Assembly (NCBI GenBank): GCA_048128005.1
Contig: JBEUKZ010000071.1
Coordinates: forward strand, 310,001 to 374,000
Direction of reading: 5' to 3'
Origin: Veleropilina oligotropha
Taxonomy: Eukaryota
DNA: 64,000 bases
The notes below the pieces were generated by a model. That model saw only the letters and a program-made list of their open reading frames with translations, was not told where the DNA came from and ran no database searches. This document shows, in pieces, positions 58,201-64,000 of the stretch (positions are counted from its first letter, which is position 1; each line of letters begins with the position of its first letter). Position numbers and translations under genes: made by a program.

Positions 58201-60546
58201 CGGTCCCTGTAACAGAGCATTGTTCAGGGATTTTCCGTCATACAGAGCAGACGAATCAAATACAACACGTATTTGAGAGGGCTTCTTGGGGTGGTATATG
58301 CCAAACAAAGGCAAATACCAGCATTCATCACCTTCTTGCAGAGGTGGTGGCACCTCTGCATGCTTGTTCTGTAGTATTTTGTCCATGAAATCTATCATAT
58401 GCTGTTTCTTTCCTGGAGATCGTTGAAGAGAGCGGTCCAATGCCTTTGCTCTTCTTAACGCCTGTTGACGATTGTTCGGCAAGTCTACCTTCGGAGATCG
58501 AAAGGGTAAAGGAGCTTCCCAATTTCCCTGAGAGTTCCTGTGCATATGTGTCCCCATTATTTGGAGAAACTGCCTGTCCTCTATGGATGTACCTGCCTTT
58601 TCGTCATCTGGAGTTACGTAGAACACCGTTCTGCCCAAGCTATCTGTGTTCGAAGGTAGTTCATTAGATGAATTAATGTCTTCATCGTACAAGTCTTCTC
58701 TCACATCGAAAACACTCGTGCATGGCTTGAATATGGATGCACGTCCATCATTCAACACAGATGTTTTGCATACATTAACTGCATCTGGAATATGCACTTT
58801 GCCAAGGCAAGATTCCCCAATGATGACCCAGCCCAAGGAGAGCCTTTGGGCATAAGGAGACGTACCTGCACCCACACGCTGGTCAAGTACGTGATGAGCC
58901 TGTATAAGATCTCTTCCAATTAACAGCAGGACACTGCTGTCATCATCCATTGATGGTATATATTGTTCAATGTCCTTCAGATGAGCGTGATGCCTCGCTA
59001 CTTCAGGAGTAGGGATCTCCTCACGGAGACTGGGTATTGCGTTGCATTCAGTGATTGTAGGTAGATTCAACTTGCTTGTGCCGTCTAGAGATTCAACTAC
59101 GAGGTTGCAAGCCCTGCGTCCAGATGTCTTGACGAGACCACCACATGATGTCAAAGTGTATGGTATATCTTCGCCTTGTATGTTCAACAGATCAAACAGC
59201 TCTGATCTCGCTAGGGAGGCGTTACTTTGATCATCAACCAAGGCGTATGTCTTTACAACCTGCTCTGGACGATCCTGTGAATAGACTTTCACTAGAATGC
59301 ACTTTGCGCAAGACTTTCCTTGGAACGGCCGTTCACATACCTGCGTGCACTTTGAAGTAATATCTGCATCATGATGCTCCGAATCTTTGGTGCGTTTCTC
59401 CCCGCCGTGGGCTGCTTTGGGAGAGACAGATGGAAGGTAGGTCACTGCATCCCTGTTAGTGTGTAAAGCAGTCGCATGTCTTGAACTTCCACACTGTGCA
59501 CAGCGAACATCTTCTTTGCATGCCTTCGCCATGTGATCACTAGTGAGACAACACTTGTAACACATGCCATGCTTCTTCAGAACCTCTTTGCGTTCATCGA
59601 GCGTCATTGCTTTAAACCCATTACATTCATTCAATGTGTGACCAGTCTTGTGAATTGGGCAGCGATTATTGCATTCCGTCTCTCTTCGGCTTGATGATAC
59701 TTCGGTCTTTTTGGCATGAACCATGATTTTGCTGTGGGCGTTGCCAGGTCTTTCATGTTCAGTCCTGGTAGGACGGTTGTTATCATACTGGAAGCTGGGG
59801 TCATTTTTCAGCTTACTTGTCTCCCGAATAAATTCAGTGAACACAGAGAAAGGAGGGTACGTTACTCTGTGTCTTTCCTTATACCTGAAGGCGTGGCTCG
59901 ACCACTTTTCTTGCAGGTTGAACGGAAGCTTGTTTACGATAGGGGTGACACCGGAGGAGGAATCGAAGTAAGCCAGGAGAGGTCCATATTTCTCATCACA
60001 TTTGATGGACTCCACTTCAGACAAAAGATCTGATAATTCGTACAGTTTACTAAAATCCCTGTTTGTGAGCTTAGGGAAGTTTGAGAGGCGTGATTTTAAG
60101 GAAGACTCGATCATCTCGGGGCTACCGTACCTCTCGTCCAGACGTTCCCAGATTCTCAGAAGGCCTCTGTTGGGATCGTGAATGTTAGCTGCTCTCAGAC
60201 TGAGTGCATGCTTACTGGATTCCGAGCCGAGCCATTTTACCAAAAGATCAAATTCCTCATTGGCCGTCACATGCAGCTCGCCCATGACGCTGCAGAAACT
60301 TGCTTTCCAGACGGGATAGGCTTCTGGCTTATCGTTGAAATTCCTGAGTCTAGATATCAGCAAATCTTTCTTTAACAGATAATGAGTGATATCTGAACCG
60401 TGATGGAATGGAGGTGCATTCGGGTTCAATGGTGGATGGGCACCATACCAGAGAGACTGTTGGGGTGCACATTTATCATACACATTGTCCTGTAGAGGCA
60501 CATTATGATTATCCATTTCGGGAGCACTGTTGACATGCGTACTCAC
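55282..60546 (-). CDS. BEL/Pao gag-pol polyprotein, main frame
   Basis: Zn knuckles (CPIHKTGH..NEC, CYKC..DHMAKAC, CAQC..RH..ALH), protease ALVDDQSN, RT FYVDDG, Pao RNase H HVFADASE / TIPRLELCAA, integrase GVDVFGP, SDRGTNF, GGAWERLI. Confidence 0.93.
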   Translation of the reverse strand: MSTHVNSAPEMDNHNVPLQDNVYDKCAPQQSLWYGAHPPLNPNAPPFHHGSDITHYLLKKDLLISRLRNFNDKPEAYPVWKASFCSVMGELHVTANEEFDLLVKWLGSESSKHALSLRAANIHDPNRGLLRIWERLDERYGSPEMIESSLKSRLSNFPKLTNRDFSKLYELSDLLSEVESIKCDEKYGPLLAYFDSSSGVTPIVNKLPFNLQEKWSSHAFRYKERHRVTYPPFSVFTEFIRETSKLKNDPSFQYDNNRPTRTEHERPGNAHSKIMVHAKKTEVSSSRRETECNNRCPIHKTGHTLNECNGFKAMTLDERKEVLKKHGMCYKCCLTSDHMAKACKEDVRCAQCGSSRHATALHTNRDAVTYLPSVSPKAAHGGEKRTKDSEHHDADITSKCTQVCERPFQGKSCAKCILVKVYSQDRPEQVVKTYALVDDQSNASLARSELFDLLNIQGEDIPYTLTSCGGLVKTSGRRACNLVVESLDGTSKLNLPTITECNAIPSLREEIPTPEVARHHAHLKDIEQYIPSMDDDSSVLLLIGRDLIQAHHVLDQRVGAGTSPYAQRLSLGWVIIGESCLGKVHIPDAVNVCKTSVLNDGRASIFKPCTSVFDVREDLYDEDINSSNELPSNTDSLGRTVFYVTPDDEKAGTSIEDRQFLQIMGTHMHRNSQGNWEAPLPFRSPKVDLPNNRQQALRRAKALDRSLQRSPGKKQHMIDFMDKILQNKHAEVPPPLQEGDECWYLPLFGIYHPKKPSQIRVVFDSSALYDGKSLNNALLQGPDLANCLLGVLLRFRREAVAVMGDIQQMFHCFSVREDHRNYLRFIWYKDNDPLQDLIEYRMCVHVFGNRPSPAVASYGLKRTAKEAEAEFGEDVRQFIERDFYVDDGLTSLDTAEQAIYLMKRSQEALRTCGNLRLCKIVSNSSEVMEAFPSDDRAKDLKNLKLSEDSFPLQRCLGIAWDINFDSFTFTVSCEDKPFTKRGVLSTINSLFDPMGFAAPVLIKGKIILRDLMADGISWDDPLPPERQEEWELWRNSLKYLEEVQIPRVLLPVSFRQASEKELHVFADASEKAIAAVAYVKVIDKGDLHSGFVMGKAKVSPTHGHTIPRLELCAAVLATDVANLVTEHLDIPRTAVSYHTDSKIVLGYICNESKRFSVYVANRVARIRRASTPGQWRYVSTDANPADCATRSVPATTLGSSPWLLGPPAQELQTEVSDIVFSSSECEVDCEAELDVAVLATNVNNTRRILGTQRFERFSSWKKLVETIIRLKRFAKTYHLCKSDETCKRLSSVEAYTEAEKFVLRQVQLEAYREEVRCLKAQRSLPKSSSILNLNPVLDEDGLLRVGGRFNYTDMAIEYKNPIVIPGRHHVATLLVRNYHERVKHQGRHFTEGSVRAAGLWITGIKRVVSSLIHDCVKCRKLRGKEEQQVMSNLPTDRLQPNPPFSYVGVDVFGPWSIVTCRTRGGQANSKRWAVLFTCLTTRGIHIEVIEDMTSSSFVNAVRRFVSIRGKVRQFRSDRGTNFVGATDMLKIHAINVEDHPVKRMLSDNQCEWIFNPPQSSHMGGAWERLIGVSRRILDAMMAEASSKPLTHEVLTTFMAEVCAIVNGRPIVPVSSDPNSPLILTPATLLTPKVDHTTEPLVEGDVKDMYKAQWRRVQALAETFWSRWKSEYLHLLQVRRKWQHERPNVRQGDVVLLKDKNCHRNEWPTGVLVDAISSEDGKVRKAVVRVHKDGKGTLLTRPITDMVVLVSAEGR

Positions 60547-60956
60547 ATAGCGTTTTGTACGTTCGGCAGGATCCTCTTCTGGGACGTCGGCCGGGAACTG
60601 CGAGTGATGAAGTCGTCCAGCAGTTCACTGGACGCTCTGAGGACTCTTACCTGCGCCTCTGCAACAGCTATTTCCTTCTCCTTTTCCAACAGCTTGATGT
60701 CTGTTTCCATTTCCGTTCGCGTGAGAGCCTGCTGCTTTAGCAGGTCTGCTTCCTTTCTGGCATACTGTAGAGAAACCCGTGCGGATTCTACCTCTGCTTG
60801 CTTGGCGGCAATCATGTCGCTGAGGTTAGAATTTCTGGATACAGATGTTCTATGAGACCTCGTGCTGGAACGTGAGCTTCTTTCCAGTTGTTCATCAGTA
60901 AGTCCCCCGATGGCTGGGACTGTACTGCCTGTCGCATGTTCCTGGTCCGTCATCAT
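60543..60956 (-). CDS. BEL/Pao gag N-terminal coiled-coil segment, out of frame with the main ORF
   Basis: Starts just inside the 5' LTR boundary; Ser-rich stretch then coiled coil, typical of BEL gag N-termini. Confidence 0.65.
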   Translation of the reverse strand: MMTDQEHATGSTVPAIGGLTDEQLERSSRSSTRSHRTSVSRNSNLSDMIAAKQAEVESARVSLQYARKEADLLKQQALTRTEMETDIKLLEKEKEIAVAEAQVRVLRASSELLDDFITRSSRPTSQKRILPNVQNAM

Positions 60957-61004
60957 GTAGTATCAGCTTCCGGTCCTTGACAGCAGGTCGATGAGTCCTT
61001 TTAC

Positions 61005-61842
61005 TGTGCTGAATTAAGGTTTATTGACAGCTCCTCGGGTGAGGGTAAAAGGCTGTAAGTAACAAACAGCCGTATTACATAATGCAACATACACGTGTTT
61101 AGTACGAAATGGTATATACCAAATATAGAGGATATCCTAATTCTAAACAACAAACATTATATAGATGCAAACGCCAGGTAAATGAGAATCAACAGGTGTA
61201 CATGTCATAATACAATTCCGACTGAAAATGCTATATAAATACATATCATCAATAATCATAAGTGCAATCATGGTCATTTCCACGGCCAAGAGGAATATTA
61301 ATATGGGAGATAACTCCTATCGCCTTATCGAAAACATGGGTTGTCTCCCCTACGACAAGCTTATACTGTAATAATAACGAACGTCTGATCGAATCATTAT
61401 CATACCTAAAACGCTGAATCTGACACAAATAGCAAATGGAAAGACTATTACCTGCATTTCTAAACATAGTGGTAAGTATGCACACATAGACGCGTTGTAA
61501 TTGTAATATGCTGGCTTTAAACATGCCAAGCAATGACCACCGAACACGTGCGTATCGTACTCAAAGGTAAACACGGGCATTTATGAACACGCAAATGTCA
61601 ACGCATATCGCGGTAAAGGGCATATATATACTAGTAATATGGCATGTTCTAGGGCAATTATAGCACCATACATAAAGGAAATAAACATACACTTTGGTTT
61701 GCTGTAATCTGAATAACCCAATCCGGCCATGCGCTGAAACTTCCTGACGCTTTGGAAAGAGAGCGCTTCAAACAAAGGGGAATAACTAGGGCTAAACTAC
61801 AATTATGTCTACAGAAAACACGGCTTAGCAATAAACAGAACA
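61005..61842 (-). repeat. 5' LTR
   Basis: Direct repeat of 54331-55168. Confidence 0.95.
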
Positions 61843-61849
61843 ATACGAA

Positions 61850-62350
61850 TAACCATTTGTTTGTATAGGCGAGTTATGATGGCTTTAGATTTAAAATTAA
61901 AATTTCTCTTTATCATTCCCAATATTTGATTTCCCTTTTTGGCTGACTCAGCACATTGATTTGATGGTTTGAATGTCTTGTCTACCCATACACCCAAATC
62001 TTTTTCTTTGACCACTTCTTGTAAAGCTTCTGAACCCATTTCATAATTATAGTTATTATAACCCACATGCATTACTTTACATTTACTGGTGTTGAAAAGC
62101 ATTTGCCAGTCCTCAGACCATTTTACCACATTATTTAAATCACCTTGAAGTTTCTTTGCATCTTCTTCTGTTTCGATAATTCCGTACAGTTTTGTATCAT
62201 CTGCAAACTTTTTACTAAAAATGTAATGACGTCATCAATGTCATTTAAATATATGAGAAATAACAATGGTCACAAAACAGAACCTTGTGGGACACCACTT
62301 AGTTAGTACTGGTTCCCATTCCGACTTTATCCCATTTATTACAACCCGCG
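61850..62350 (-). mobile_element. CR1-like LINE fragment, same family as 37286-38260
   Basis: SGVPQGSV, KFADDTK, WSEDWQMLFN, KPSNQCAESAKK. Confidence 0.85.
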
Positions 62351-63261
62351 GTCACGCGTGAAGTAAGATCGTATCAATTAGAGAGTTTTCGCAAATGTCC
62401 CGTGAACGTGTACCTGTAACGTGAAAGGGGTCAATTCGCTGCGTATCCATTGGCAACCAATTACATGTACAGGTTCACGTTTTACTCGTTTTGGGGTTTT
62501 GCAGATCGATTTGACGTGTATTTATATCGGCTTCAAAAATCAACGCACGGTCATCTATGAATTTAAATATGTCCATGTACCCTATCATATTATTAACGTT
62601 ATTATAAGGTATAACATTATTTAATTATTTGGCAGTGTATAAATATTTGATCTTTATTTTGTATATATATCAGTAGATCAGTGATTTCTACGATAGCTTG
62701 TTTCACGTTTCTCGTAATCACAAGTCTTGAAATCTATTTTCGCAAAGTGATCGTGAACGTGTGCCTCGGATGTATGGGTAATATGCAAATATCATCATGG
62801 TGTAATCATTATTTGCTATATGAACCCGTTGACCAGAAATAGAACCGTGTAAGTTGACGTTCACGGGAAAAGAGCAACCTGTATTTCGATGTATTCACGT
62901 AGGCTACTTCCAAAACATATAACGCATCGGTATTAGTAAAATGTATACACACGCACTCGCGCATACACACACAAGTACGTGCATACGTAAGTTTGTGCGT
63001 ATCTTCAGCTCTGTGTTAATTTTATAGCAAGTTTTAGAGTGGTTTATTATAAAGTTTCGAATTTGGCATAGTACCTCTGAGAGCCACAATTTTTTTTAAA
63101 GTTTATTGTTGAAATTTTTCATATAAATGATTAAATGATATACATGTACAATAATATACTTATATTTATCTGCTTAATTATAAAACATATGAGATTTTTC
63201 TCTCGTCTCTGGAATTGGTGACCATGTAGATGTGTATCGACCCATATAATTTTTTGAAATA

Positions 63262-64000
63262 GTTGATTGATTGATTGATTGATTTATTTGGGTAAGAATT
63301 TATACATGTAAATAAAATACAATATATAAATAAGCACCGAGGATAAAACACATAAAGTATAATGAAACACTTATTTCCAATGTGGTCCTCGTGTACAAAA
63401 TTGAACATGGTAGGGCAACAGTGTATATAATGTTTAAAAAAGAAAATTAAATGACAAATATAAGAAATACCATATAGACTAGAACATTTAAAACAGACTA
63501 GCATTATAATATTAGTAATAAAATTTCCCGTTAAAAAAGTTAATATACATAAATATTTCCTTCTAAAGAATACAATTTTATTCCATAAAACTGTTTTCAC
63601 ATGTTTCTTAAAAGCCTGTTTTGATTCAATTATTTTTACCAAGAGCGGAAGGTCATTCCAAAGGCATATGCCAGTATAATGAAATGATGTCTTTCCAAGA
63701 CTTTTTACACTAGGCACTAAATGTGACAGTGAACTAGCTCTAGTACTATGTACATGCTGCTGTAAGATCAAATTAACATTGCACTTTAAGTAATTTGGGG
63801 CATTGCCATGAACTATATTAAACATGTGACCAAGTTTCAATTGGTCTACCCTATATTTTACAGGAAACAAATCAACTTCCTTAAACTGATCCAGGCCAAT
63901 ATGTGTTCTAGATGGTGCATTTAATATAAAACGAATAATATTATTCTGGACAGTCTGCATTCGATCCCTTAATTTCTTTGATAAACCACTGTACCAAGAG
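63262..64000 (-). mobile_element. LINE (L2/Crack-like) 3' end: ORF2 C-terminus, 3' UTR and (ATCA)n tail
   Basis: QN..IRFIL, APNYL, H.HSTR, SFHYTGICLWNDLP; minus-strand AATAAA then (ATCA)n at ~63262-63290. Confidence 0.8.

Larger units (their letters stand above)
54331..61842 (-). mobile_element. BEL/Pao LTR retrotransposon, full length, very recent
   Basis: 838-bp LTRs (TG...CA) with one difference noticed; polypurine tract ttaggcggggag at 55169-55180 (minus strand); atac flanks both ends; gag-PR-RT-RH-IN order. Confidence 0.95.

Overview
AT-rich, repeat-dense animal genomic DNA (spliceosomal introns, LINEs/SINEs; probably a marine invertebrate such as a mollusc, which is inference). The main feature is a complete ~16.1-kb endogenous Polinton/Maverick-like DNA virus at 5434-21528, visibly GC-richer than its flanks, with ~190-bp TIRs, 5'-AGCAGC...GCTGCT-3' ends and a GTCCT target duplication. 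It has no canonical stand-alone pPolB and no visible adenain protease. Instead it encodes one intact 1229-aa replication protein: putative vOTU-like protease, divergent family-B polymerase with no recognisable exonuclease, Pif1/RecD-like SF1 helicase and a C-terminal HNH/EndoVII-type nuclease. It also encodes an rve integrase, an A32-type packaging ATPase, putative major and minor capsid proteins, many membrane proteins (one with adjacent PSAP and LYPxL late-domain motifs) and a secreted Cys-rich protein. Five morphogenesis-region genes carry stops, frameshifts or a LINE insertion, while the replicase and integrase frames are open. The virus sits in a decayed SINE, probably inside a hAT transposon, downstream of the last visible exon of host TBC1D20 (7 exons found, minus strand), which is head-to-head with an intronless-CDS EMC4. 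The right half holds CR1/RTE/L2 LINE fragments, three minisatellites expanded from one dead RTE copy, nested MITEs and a very young BEL/Pao LTR retrotransposon (54331-61842). All calls are by eye from motifs; no searches were run.
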